Source of the DNA: Candidatus Sulfomarinibacteraceae bacterium
GTDB lineage: Bacteria > Acidobacteriota > Thermoanaerobaculia > Thermoanaerobaculales > Sulfomarinibacteraceae
DNA: 64,000 nt
Assembly (NCBI GenBank): GCA_963796455.1
Contig: CAWCLO010000002.1
Coordinates: 64,001 to 128,000, forward strand
Direction: 5' to 3'
Of the stretch, positions 56,062 to 64,000 are shown piece by piece. The notes under the pieces were generated by a model that saw nothing but the letters and a program-made list of their open reading frames with translations, ran no database searches and was not told the DNA's origin. The translations under genes and the position numbers were made by a program. Positions within the stretch are counted from its first letter, which is position 1, and each line of letters opens with the position of its first letter.

Positions 56062-57156
56062 TCATCCGAGCCGGACGCGGTAGCGGAGGCGGGCAAAGGT
56101 GATGATGATGGTGGCCAGACCGATCAGAGCGAGGGCCTCGGGCCACAGGACCTCGAGACCCGCCCCTTTCAAAAACACGCCGCGCAGGATGGTGATGTAG
56201 TAGCGCAGAGGAATCGCGTACGAGATCCACTGAAAAATCTGCGGCATGTTCTGGATCGGAAAGACGAAACCCGAGAGATAGATCTGCGGCATCATCACGA
56301 CAAAGGTCGAGATCATCATCGCCTGTTGCTGGGTGCGCGAAAGGGTCGAGACCAGCAGTCCGAAACCGAGACAACAGACGATGAAGGGCGCAGTCAGCAG
56401 GCAGAGAGTCCAGAAGGCGCCTCGAAGAGGAACCTGGAACCAGAAGAGTACAACCGTCAGCGCTGTCAGGAACTCGACCACCCCCACCAGTGCATAGGGC
56501 ACCAGTTTGCCGGCGATCACGGCGCTCGGCGTCAGCGGCGTGACCAGGAGCTGCTCCATGGTGCCGATTTCTGTTTCGCGCACGATGGCCATGGAGGAGA
56601 GCATCATGGTCATGATCAGGATGATCAAAGCGAGCACCCCGGGGACCATGTAGTAGCGGCTCAGGAGATCCGGGTTGTAGAGCACCGTTGGCCTCAGCTC
56701 GAGCGGCAACCGCGCTCCTTCCGAATCGGCGGCCGTTTGCAGGACCCCCTGGGCGTAGGCGAGACCGACGGTCCCGATCATTGGGTCCGAGCCATCAGCC
56801 ACGACCTGGATTCTGGCGCTCCGGCCCGCTTCTTTATCGGCTGAGAATCCGGCGGGTATGGTCACCGCGACCCGGGCATCACCGCTCGCGAGCCACGGGT
56901 CGAGTTCGTCCTGGGTGTCGACCGTGGCGACCTGTCGAAAATAGGTGGACGCGCCGAAGCTCTCGAGGAGCTGACGGCTCAGGGGCGACCGGTCGAGGTC
57001 GCAGACGGCAAGTTCGACCATTTTGATGTCGGTGGTGGCGGCATAGGCGAGGAGGGTCAGCTGAATGACCGGGGCGACAAAGAGCACTGAGAGTGTCTTG
57101 GGATCGCGCTTGAGCTGAATGAGCTCCTTCACCAGCATGTTCAAGAGCATTCGCAC
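56062..57156 (-). CDS. ABC-2 type permease (YbhR-like)
   Basis: KELIQL.RD, YNPDL, VRETEIGTMEQLLVTPL, LSGFVFPIQNMP. Confidence 0.88.
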   Translation of the reverse strand: MRMLLNMLVKELIQLKRDPKTLSVLFVAPVIQLTLLAYAATTDIKMVELAVCDLDRSPLSRQLLESFGASTYFRQVATVDTQDELDPWLASGDARVAVTIPAGFSADKEAGRSARIQVVADGSDPMIGTVGLAYAQGVLQTAADSEGARLPLELRPTVLYNPDLLSRYYMVPGVLALIILIMTMMLSSMAIVRETEIGTMEQLLVTPLTPSAVIAGKLVPYALVGVVEFLTALTVVLFWFQVPLRGAFWTLCLLTAPFIVCCLGFGLLVSTLSRTQQQAMMISTFVVMMPQIYLSGFVFPIQNMPQIFQWISYAIPLRYYITILRGVFLKGAGLEVLWPEALALIGLATIIITFARLRYRVRLG

Positions 57157-58259
57157 TACAAACTCCTCAACATGCGGATTGTTGCCAATAGCAAAACGAT
57201 GCTGGCGTAGATGATCAACCCGGCGGCCTCATCCCACCACATGAAGGGTCCGACGCCTTTCAAGACGATGGAGCGCAGTGCGGCGATGTAGTAGCGGGCG
57301 GGAACGATCACCGTCAGCATCTGCAGCGCCTTTGGCATCGAGGAAATGGGGAAGATAAAGCCGGACAACAACAGGGTCGGCAGCATGGACGAAAGCAGGC
57401 TGAGCTGGAAGGCCAACTGCTGGCTGTCGGCCAGAGTCGAGATGAAGATGCCCCAGCCGAGCCCCCCGGCGAGAAAGAGCAGCGTGACCAGCGCGAGCCA
57501 GACGAGCGATCCGTTGATGGGGACATCAAAAAGGGCCCAGGCCAGAAACAGTGAACCCGTTGCCGAAACCGAGGCCACCAGGAGATAGGGGAGTGTCTTG
57601 CCGAGCAGAAGCTCGATGGCCCGGATCGGTGTCGCCCGCAGCGACTCCATGGTGCCGCGCTCTTTTTCGCGCACCACCGCCAAAGCGGTGGCGATCACCG
57701 AGGACACCATCAGAATAAAGGCCAGAAGACCGGGCACGAGAAAAATGGTCGATCGCAGATCGGGGTTGTACCAGACCAGTGGTGCCGCCTCGAATGGAGG
57801 TCTCACCTCGATGTCGAACACGGCCCCGGTCTGAGCCGCAACGATCTGGCGCGCATATCCCAGCACCGTGTTGGCCGTCTGAGCATCGGTTCCATCGAGC
57901 ACGAACTGGATCGAGGTCGGCCGGCGGGCTGCAACGGCCGAAGAAAAATCCCTGGGGATGATCAGCGCCGCCTGGATGGAGTTGTCCAGAAAAAGGCCGT
58001 CGAGCGGTCGCACATCGTCCACCACCGCCCGTTGCACGAAGTAGCCGCTCCGGAGAAAAGCCTCGATCACTTTTCGTGAATCGTGGGTCCGGCACTGATC
58101 GACGACTCCCAACCGGATGTCGGTGACATCGAAACTGAGCGCGAATCCATAGATCATCAACAAAACCACAGGCATCGCCAGCAGCGCCAGAGCGGTCCGC
58201 CAGTCCCGTTTGAGCTGGAGAAGCTCTTTGACCGTGGTGGCAAGGACCCGGCGAATCAT
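57156..58259 (-). CDS. ABC-2 type permease (YbhS-like)
   Basis: KELLQLKRD, WYNPDL, REKERGTMESL.ATP, LSGFIFPISSMP; ATG 58259. Confidence 0.88.
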   Translation of the reverse strand: MIRRVLATTVKELLQLKRDWRTALALLAMPVVLLMIYGFALSFDVTDIRLGVVDQCRTHDSRKVIEAFLRSGYFVQRAVVDDVRPLDGLFLDNSIQAALIIPRDFSSAVAARRPTSIQFVLDGTDAQTANTVLGYARQIVAAQTGAVFDIEVRPPFEAAPLVWYNPDLRSTIFLVPGLLAFILMVSSVIATALAVVREKERGTMESLRATPIRAIELLLGKTLPYLLVASVSATGSLFLAWALFDVPINGSLVWLALVTLLFLAGGLGWGIFISTLADSQQLAFQLSLLSSMLPTLLLSGFIFPISSMPKALQMLTVIVPARYYIAALRSIVLKGVGPFMWWDEAAGLIIYASIVLLLATIRMLRSL

Positions 58260-59227
58260 CCCTGGAGGCCTTCTTCGGCTTCGCGAATCGATCGGATGAA
58301 GACATCTTCCAGTGTCGGCGCCACCGGTTCCACCGAAACCGGGGCAAAGCCCCGGGCCTCGAGGTGTTCGCGGACGATTCGAGCCGCAGCCGGATCTTTG
58401 ACGACGGCGTGAAGCACATTGCCAAAAAGGGCTGCATCGGCCACCTCTGCGAGTTCCTCGATCGTTTCGAGTGCGCGCGACGCGTCGTGGCACTCCACTT
58501 CGAGAACGGAGCCCGGCGCAAAGACCTTTTTGAGCTCGGGGACGGTGTCCAGGGCGAGGAGTTTTCCGGCGTGCATCAGGGCCACCCTGTGACAGCGCTC
58601 GGCCTCATCCATGTAGTGGGTGGTGACAAAGACGGTGGTTCCCTGATTCGAAAGATCGTCGATGAGATCCCAGAACCGGCGGCGGGCTTCGGGGTCGACG
58701 CCCCCGGTTGGTTCGTCGAGAAAGACCACCGGTGGTTGGTGAAGCAGGGCACAGGAAAGGGCGAGACGTTGCCTGAAACCACCTGGTAGATCAGCCACCA
58801 GAGCCTTGTGCCGAGGCCCGAGGCCGGTCATTTCGAAGGCCCACGCACGGCGTTCTTCGAACTTCTTGCCCCAGACCCGGTGGGTTCCCGCCCAGAAGCG
58901 GAGATTCTCGTCGACCGTCAGATCGTCATAGAGCGAGAATTTCTGCGACATGTATCCGATCCGGGTCTTGATCTCCGCTGATTGGGTGGCCGCGTCAAAG
59001 CCGGCCACCGTGCCACTTCCCGAAGTCGGTCTGAGCAGACCGCAGAGCATGCGAATGACGGTTGTCTTGCCGGCGCCGTTGGAACCGAGGAAGCCGAAGA
59101 TTTCACCCGGCGCCACCTCGAATGAGACGCGATCGACAGCAATGAACTCACCGAATTTGCGGGTCAGTTCCTTTGCCGAGACCATGATCTCGGAAGAATC
59201 GCGTCTGCTGGCGGTCGCTGAGATCAC
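58256..59227 (-). CDS. ABC transporter ATP-binding protein (YbhF C-half-like)
   Basis: GSNGAGKT, LPGG, FLDEPTGGVDP, TTHYMDEAE. Confidence 0.9.
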   Translation of the reverse strand: MISATASRRDSSEIMVSAKELTRKFGEFIAVDRVSFEVAPGEIFGFLGSNGAGKTTVIRMLCGLLRPTSGSGTVAGFDAATQSAEIKTRIGYMSQKFSLYDDLTVDENLRFWAGTHRVWGKKFEERRAWAFEMTGLGPRHKALVADLPGGFRQRLALSCALLHQPPVVFLDEPTGGVDPEARRRFWDLIDDLSNQGTTVFVTTHYMDEAERCHRVALMHAGKLLALDTVPELKKVFAPGSVLEVECHDASRALETIEELAEVADAALFGNVLHAVVKDPAAARIVREHLEARGFAPVSVEPVAPTLEDVFIRSIREAEEGLQG

Positions 59228-60546
59228 TGACCGACCGCCCGCTGCAGCGTCGCGTGAGCCGTCCAGGCGCTGACTCGGGTCTTGACCTGAGCGACCTCTG
59301 CTGTGGTCAGGTCAGCCTGGGCGTCAAGCAGTTCGGAGAGCATCGCGAGCCCGGCGGCATAGCGCTCGCTGGATGCCTCTTCCCACGCCTCGGCGGCGGC
59401 GGCGGAGGCGTCGGAGGATGTGACGGCCTCGAGAGCTGACTCCAGATCCAGCCGGGCGATCGTGACCTCGAGTTTGATCTGCCGTTCAAGCTCTGCACGG
59501 TCGTGTTGTCGAGCGCGTTGTTCGGCCTCGACCTCGGCGACCTGGGCCCTAGCCCGGCTGCCGTCAAAAAGTTGCCAGCTGGCCGCGACGCCGACAAGCC
59601 ACGAGTCATTCCGCTCGTCCACAGGAGGTAGGAAGCGATTGTTCGGACGAGCGATGAGGTATTGGCCGGTGGCGGCAACCGCCGGTTTTCTGATGGCGTT
59701 GAGCGCCCGGGCCTTCGCTCCGAAACCCTCGATCTGGGCGTCGGTGATCTTGAGCTCGGGGCGGCCGTTGATGGCCTGGTCTTCGAGCTTTTGCCGCGAC
59801 GGCGGACGCGTGGGAACGCGGTCGGTCCTGGCGTCATCCAGTGTGAGCCCGGTGGTTTCTTCGATTCCAAGGAGGGAGCGGAGACGGGCCAGGGCCTGTT
59901 CGGCCGCATTCTTCGACCGAATCACATCGACCTCGGCGGCAGCGAGACGTGCTTCGGCGGCAAAGACATCGGCGTTGACCGCCATCCCCGCGTCCCGCAG
60001 CGCGCGTGCGTCTTCGAGCAAACGCCTGGATCGTTTGCGTTGTGCCTCGGCCACATCGACGGCTGAGGCGGCGGCCACCGCGGACCAGTAGTGCATGCGT
60101 CCGGAGTATGCGAGGTCGAGCTCGGTGACGGATTGTGACCAGCTCGCCGCCGTTTCGTGCTGCCGGGCGGCATCCCGTTGGGCGGTGATCGCGCCACCGG
60201 TGTAGACGGGTTGGGAAACCGTGAGATCGATGCGGTAGTGATTCTGAATGTTGGGAAAGAGAATGAAGATGGGCTCATCCGGATCGTCGGAAGCAACTCC
60301 GAACTCCGGCACCGAGCTGTGCCGGGTGTAACTGGCGTTGGTGGAGAGCACCGGCAATCGCGCGGCGTCCGCGGCCTTGACGGCAAATTCGGAGGCCTCG
60401 ACCCGGTCAGCGGCCGCCGTGGTCAGGGTCGATGCACGAACCGCCATGGTAGCCGCGGTCTCCGCGTCGAGGTGAAGCTCGGCGCCGTGAGCCGGTGCGA
60501 CAACGGCGGCAAGGAGGAAGAAGTAGACGAATGACTTGGATTTCAT
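59224..60546 (-). CDS. TolC-family outer membrane efflux protein
   Basis: Signal peptide; LPVLS..ASY, QPVYTGG, WQLFDG, RY.AG....ELLDAQ. Confidence 0.85.
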   Translation of the reverse strand: MKSKSFVYFFLLAAVVAPAHGAELHLDAETAATMAVRASTLTTAAADRVEASEFAVKAADAARLPVLSTNASYTRHSSVPEFGVASDDPDEPIFILFPNIQNHYRIDLTVSQPVYTGGAITAQRDAARQHETAASWSQSVTELDLAYSGRMHYWSAVAAASAVDVAEAQRKRSRRLLEDARALRDAGMAVNADVFAAEARLAAAEVDVIRSKNAAEQALARLRSLLGIEETTGLTLDDARTDRVPTRPPSRQKLEDQAINGRPELKITDAQIEGFGAKARALNAIRKPAVAATGQYLIARPNNRFLPPVDERNDSWLVGVAASWQLFDGSRARAQVAEVEAEQRARQHDRAELERQIKLEVTIARLDLESALEAVTSSDASAAAAEAWEEASSERYAAGLAMLSELLDAQADLTTAEVAQVKTRVSAWTAHATLQRAVGQ

Positions 60547-61490
60547 GCTGCCTCCGTCGATGAGGGCTTGTCGGTGTTCCGCGTCAGATAAAGAAATGCG
60601 TCTTCGAGGCCGGCGGGGATGATTTCTGCAGACGACACCTCGACACCAGGTGTCGAGAGGATTTGCCGGACCAGATTGATCGGGTCTTTTTCGTCGACAC
60701 AGTGGACGTGGAGGGTCGTGCCGAAGACGCTGACATCGGCTATGGATTCGTGAGCGGTCAGGGCTTCCACGGCGGCATTCCGTGTATTGACCATGACCTC
60801 CACAACCGCGCCGGGCATCAGGGAGGGAATCTCCCGCGGCCGTGCATCTGCCACCAGAACGCCTTCGTGCATCAGAAGCACCCGGGTGCAACGTTCCGCT
60901 TCGTCAAGATAGGGCGTGGCCACCAGCAGCGTGAGGCCCTCGCTCACCAGATCGGCGAGCAATCGCCAGAATTCCCGCCGGGTGACCGGATCGACCCCGG
61001 TTGTGGGTTCGTCGAGCAACAGGGCGAGAGGCGAATGGATGAGCGTGCAGGCCAGGGCGAGCTTTTGTTTCATGCCTCCCGAGAGGCGGTCGGCAAGCCG
61101 GGTGTTGAATGACGCCAGGCCGACCAGTTCGAGGAGCTCCCGGCGTCGTTTCCGCCACGCTGGGACGCCGTACATCATGGCGAAGAACTGGACATTTTCG
61201 TCGACCGTCAGATCGCCATAGAGCGCAAAACGTTGCGCAAGATACCCGAGCCGGGTATGAAGCTTTCTCCGTGCTCGCCAACAGTCCATTGAAAATGCGG
61301 TGGCGGTCCCGCCGCCGGCCGGTTGCAGCCCGCCCAGGACCCTGAGCGTTGATGTTTTTCCGGCACCGTCAGGACCGATCAAACCCACGACCTCCCCGGA
61401 TCCGACCGAAAAAGATACGTGGCGCACGGCCTCGTGGTCCCCGTATCTCACAACCAGGTCGCGCGCATCCAACAAGGCATCAACGGTCAC
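60543..61490 (-). CDS. ABC transporter ATP-binding protein (YbhF N-half-like)
   Basis: GPDGAGKT, LSGGMKQKL, LLDEPTTGVDP, TPYLDEAE. Confidence 0.9.
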   Translation of the reverse strand: MTVDALLDARDLVVRYGDHEAVRHVSFSVGSGEVVGLIGPDGAGKTSTLRVLGGLQPAGGGTATAFSMDCWRARRKLHTRLGYLAQRFALYGDLTVDENVQFFAMMYGVPAWRKRRRELLELVGLASFNTRLADRLSGGMKQKLALACTLIHSPLALLLDEPTTGVDPVTRREFWRLLADLVSEGLTLLVATPYLDEAERCTRVLLMHEGVLVADARPREIPSLMPGAVVEVMVNTRNAAVEALTAHESIADVSVFGTTLHVHCVDEKDPINLVRQILSTPGVEVSSAEIIPAGLEDAFLYLTRNTDKPSSTEAA

Positions 61491-61499
61491 GAGATTCCC

Positions 61500-62465
61500 C
61501 TAGTCGAAGGAGGCATCGGCCGGCATCCCGGGTTTGAAAACGCCGTCCGGGTTCTCGAGTTGGACCTTGACGCGGAAGACGAGCTTGGCCCGTTCGTCGG
61601 GTGTTTGCACGTTTTTCGGGGTGAACTCCGCGACCGGCGAAATAAACGAAACGGTGCCTTCGAAACGGCGGTCGCTGCCGTCGACGTCGACTGTCACAAC
61701 CTGGCCGAGCACGATCTGCGACAGACTCGGTTCGTCGATCCAAACCGTCAGCCATGGCCGGGCGAGATCCGTGAGGACGGCGATGGCCGCGCCCGGCGGC
61801 AGCACCTCACCGGGTTCCGCAACGCGGGTCGTGATGACGCCGTCGGTCGGGGCCAGGACCGTCGCGTCAACGATCTTTTGTTCGACGGCGGCCACCATCG
61901 CCTCGGCGGCGGCGCGCTGGGCACGAGCGGATTCGACCTCCTGTCGCCGCGGACCGGCCACCAGCTTGTCGAGTTGGGCTCGAGCGGCTGCGACGGCGCG
62001 GTCGGCGACCTCTTTACGGGTCGCCGCGTCGTCGCGCGATTTTTCGGTCGCCGAGCCCCGGTCGGCAAGACCGCTCAACCGATCGAGGTCGCGGTGAGCC
62101 GCATCGAGTTCCGCCTGGGCCTGGGCCAGTTGATCCTCGGCTCGGCGGAGATCCTCCGCCCTGGTTCCAGCAAGCAAGAGCCGAAGCTGGGCGTCGGCGG
62201 CCTCAGCGTTGGCCCGTGCCTGGGCCAGTTGGTGTTCCGCGTCGATGGTCTCGAGACGGGCCACCACATCCCCGGTGCTGACCGTGTCACCCTCCTCGAG
62301 GGGTGCTTCGAGGAGACGACCGCCGACCGTCGCCGCGAGCCGGATTTCGGTGGCCTCGATGTGTCCCGATCCTCGGATGCCCACGTCATCGGAATCTTGT
62401 TGACACGCAACGATGAAAAACAGGGGCGCGATAAGAATGACCGTAACAACGATGCGTTTCGTCAT
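61500..62465 (-). CDS. HlyD-family membrane fusion protein (YbhG-like)
   Basis: SGHIEATE, EEGD.V..G, AP.DG, AEFTPKNVQT, KPGMPA; ATG 62465. Confidence 0.88.
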   Translation of the reverse strand: MTKRIVVTVILIAPLFFIVACQQDSDDVGIRGSGHIEATEIRLAATVGGRLLEAPLEEGDTVSTGDVVARLETIDAEHQLAQARANAEAADAQLRLLLAGTRAEDLRRAEDQLAQAQAELDAAHRDLDRLSGLADRGSATEKSRDDAATRKEVADRAVAAARAQLDKLVAGPRRQEVESARAQRAAAEAMVAAVEQKIVDATVLAPTDGVITTRVAEPGEVLPPGAAIAVLTDLARPWLTVWIDEPSLSQIVLGQVVTVDVDGSDRRFEGTVSFISPVAEFTPKNVQTPDERAKLVFRVKVQLENPDGVFKPGMPADASFD

Positions 62466-62502
62466 GTCGATTCTCCCGTTCGGGGCGTAGCGGTCCCGTA
62501 CC

Positions 62503-63231
62503 TCAGTCCATGATTTTCTGCGTACTCTTTTCGGTGGAAACGAGCGCCTCGAGATGCGGGGCGAGAGTCTCCGCCAGGCGCCGGTGGCCCTCGGTGGTGG
62601 GGTGCAGCCCATCTGCTTGCATGAGCTCCGGATCGAGCCCGATTTCGCGGACAAACTCGGGCACCAGGACCACGCCCTCCTCGTCGGCGATTCGTTCGTA
62701 CATGGCTGCAAAGTCCGAGCTGTATTCCGGGCCGTAGTTGGTCGGGACATCCATGCCGAGCAGGAGCACCCGTGCCCCGGCGGCCAGGCCCCGGCGCACG
62801 ATCTCGCGCAGATTGCGGTCGATATTAGTGATCGGCTGACCCCGCAGGGCGTCATTGCCACCGAGTTCGACAACCAGAATGTCCGGTCGTTGCGAGAGCA
62901 CCCAGTCGAGGCGGGCCAGCCCGCCGGCAGACGTGTCTCCCGAAACACCGGCGTTGATCACCGAGACGGCGTGGCCGCGCTCGCGAAGCCCGGATTCCAC
63001 CACGGCGGGAAAGGCATCACTCTCGGGCAGCCCGAGACCGGCGCTCAGACTGTCGCCGAGAATGATGATTTTCAGCGCGGCATCTATCGGTGCGGGTGTC
63101 GCTGCCCGCGACTGCGGGGTCGGAGACGGACTTTCGATCGGCTGCGGGCTGCATGATGCCTGCAGGAGTGCGAGGCCTGCAATCATGACCGTGGTGCGAA
63201 GGCTGTGAGAACGTGAAATGATTGCGACCAT
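62503..63231 (-). CDS. tesA: Arylesterase/acyl-CoA thioesterase I (GDSL), probable lipoprotein
   Basis: GDSLSAG, NAGVSGDTS, ELGGNDAL, DGLHP; divergent from a ybbA-like gene. Confidence 0.88.
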   Translation of the reverse strand: MVAIISRSHSLRTTVMIAGLALLQASCSPQPIESPSPTPQSRAATPAPIDAALKIIILGDSLSAGLGLPESDAFPAVVESGLRERGHAVSVINAGVSGDTSAGGLARLDWVLSQRPDILVVELGGNDALRGQPITNIDRNLREIVRRGLAAGARVLLLGMDVPTNYGPEYSSDFAAMYERIADEEGVVLVPEFVREIGLDPELMQADGLHPTTEGHRRLAETLAPHLEALVSTEKSTQKIMD

Positions 63232-63298
63232 GAAAGAGATTCTATCTTGTGCACGACCTGAAGTGCCGTCCGATTTGATGTGGGCCAAAGGAGTTTGA

Positions 63299-63997
63299 AT
63301 GAACCGCGAAGAAAACCCGGAGATCGTCCTGTCGCTCGAGGGTGTCGGTCGTGAGCTGCCCTCGGGCGGGAGGATGTTGAAGATCCTCGACGGGATCGAT
63401 CTCGAGGTGCACCGGGGTGAGTTTTTGGCTGTCCTCGGCCCTTCGGGCAGCGGCAAGTCGACCCTGCTCGCTCTGATGGCCGGTCTCGATCGACCGAGTT
63501 CGGGCGAAGTGCATCTCGCCGGCGAGCGGATCGACCGATTGTCGGAGGACCGCCTGGCTGTTCTCAGACGGCACACGATCGGTTTTGTCTTTCAGTCCTT
63601 TCAGTTGCTGGCGAATTTTACCGCGCGCGAGAACGTGCTCCTACCGATGGAACTTCTGGGTTGGCCTGAGGCACGCCGGCGTGCAGACGAACTTCTGGCG
63701 GCGGTCGGCCTCAACGAGCGCGGCCACCACTACCCCTCGCAGCTCTCCGGTGGCGAGCAGCAGCGGGTTGCTCTGGCCCGGGCCTTCGCACCGCGGCCGC
63801 GGCTCCTGCTGGCCGATGAACCGACCGGCAACCTCGATGGAGCGACCGGCCGGGTGGTGCTCGATCTTCTGGTTTCGTTGCGGGCGGAGGAGGGAACCAC
63901 TCTGGTGCTGGTGACCCACGACCCGGCGGTCGCCGCTCTCGCCGATCGCCGGATCCACCTCAACGATGGCGTGATCGAGCGCGAGGAACGCGCATGA
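63299..63997 (+). CDS. ybbA: ABC transporter ATP-binding protein (YbbA/LolD-like)
   Basis: GPSGSGKST, FVFQSFQL, LSGGEQQRV, ADEPTGNLD; stop overlaps an ATG at 63994 (next gene truncated by the window). Confidence 0.85.
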   Translation: MNREENPEIVLSLEGVGRELPSGGRMLKILDGIDLEVHRGEFLAVLGPSGSGKSTLLALMAGLDRPSSGEVHLAGERIDRLSEDRLAVLRRHTIGFVFQSFQLLANFTARENVLLPMELLGWPEARRRADELLAAVGLNERGHHYPSQLSGGEQQRVALARAFAPRPRLLLADEPTGNLDGATGRVVLDLLVSLRAEEGTTLVLVTHDPAVAALADRRIHLNDGVIEREERA

Positions 63998-64000
63998 AGG

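Noticed and set aside
61500..63576. Long N-terminal extensions on HlyD and TesA (similarly KefB, KefG, TolC, NhaC, LarC)
   Set aside because: Extensions overlap neighbouring genes in other frames; downstream starts with RBS or stop-start coupling fit better.

Overview
High-GC bacterial chromosomal window, gene-dense, with about 50 CDS. I found no rRNA, tRNA, CRISPR array, phage gene or transposase. Gene content (Hanks kinase, TonB receptor, secreted proteins ending in IFxxGF[DE]SG, Sec codon) suggests a diderm, possibly Acidobacteriota/Thermoanaerobaculia-like organism; this is inference only. Ordinary content: peptide and amino-acid scavenging (two S9 peptidases, Ntn-hydrolase/M14 fusion, NhaC, IadA, tryptophanase/TPL, PepP), KefG/KefB, malonyl-CoA decarboxylase, a MarR redox regulon, larBCE, a YbhGFSR/TolC-type efflux operon and tesA/ybbA. 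Highlights: (1) an iodothyronine-deiodinase-like selenoprotein split by the ORF track at an in-frame UGA with a SECIS-like hairpin; (2) a transposase-less four-helix-bundle cassette whose RBS is locked in a long hairpin and which is wrapped in inverted short tandem repeats, with two internally deleted copies and several empty repeat shells nearby; (3) a divergent RelA/SpoT-like protein upstream of a membrane-anchored PhnD-like protein coupled to a Ser/Thr kinase-PAP2 fusion; (4) a Cys-rich RGPP arrest-type leader before an OprC-like copper receptor; (5) a Fur-box-preceded small protein plus heme oxygenase. Several genes carry single-base frameshifts, probably sequencing indels.
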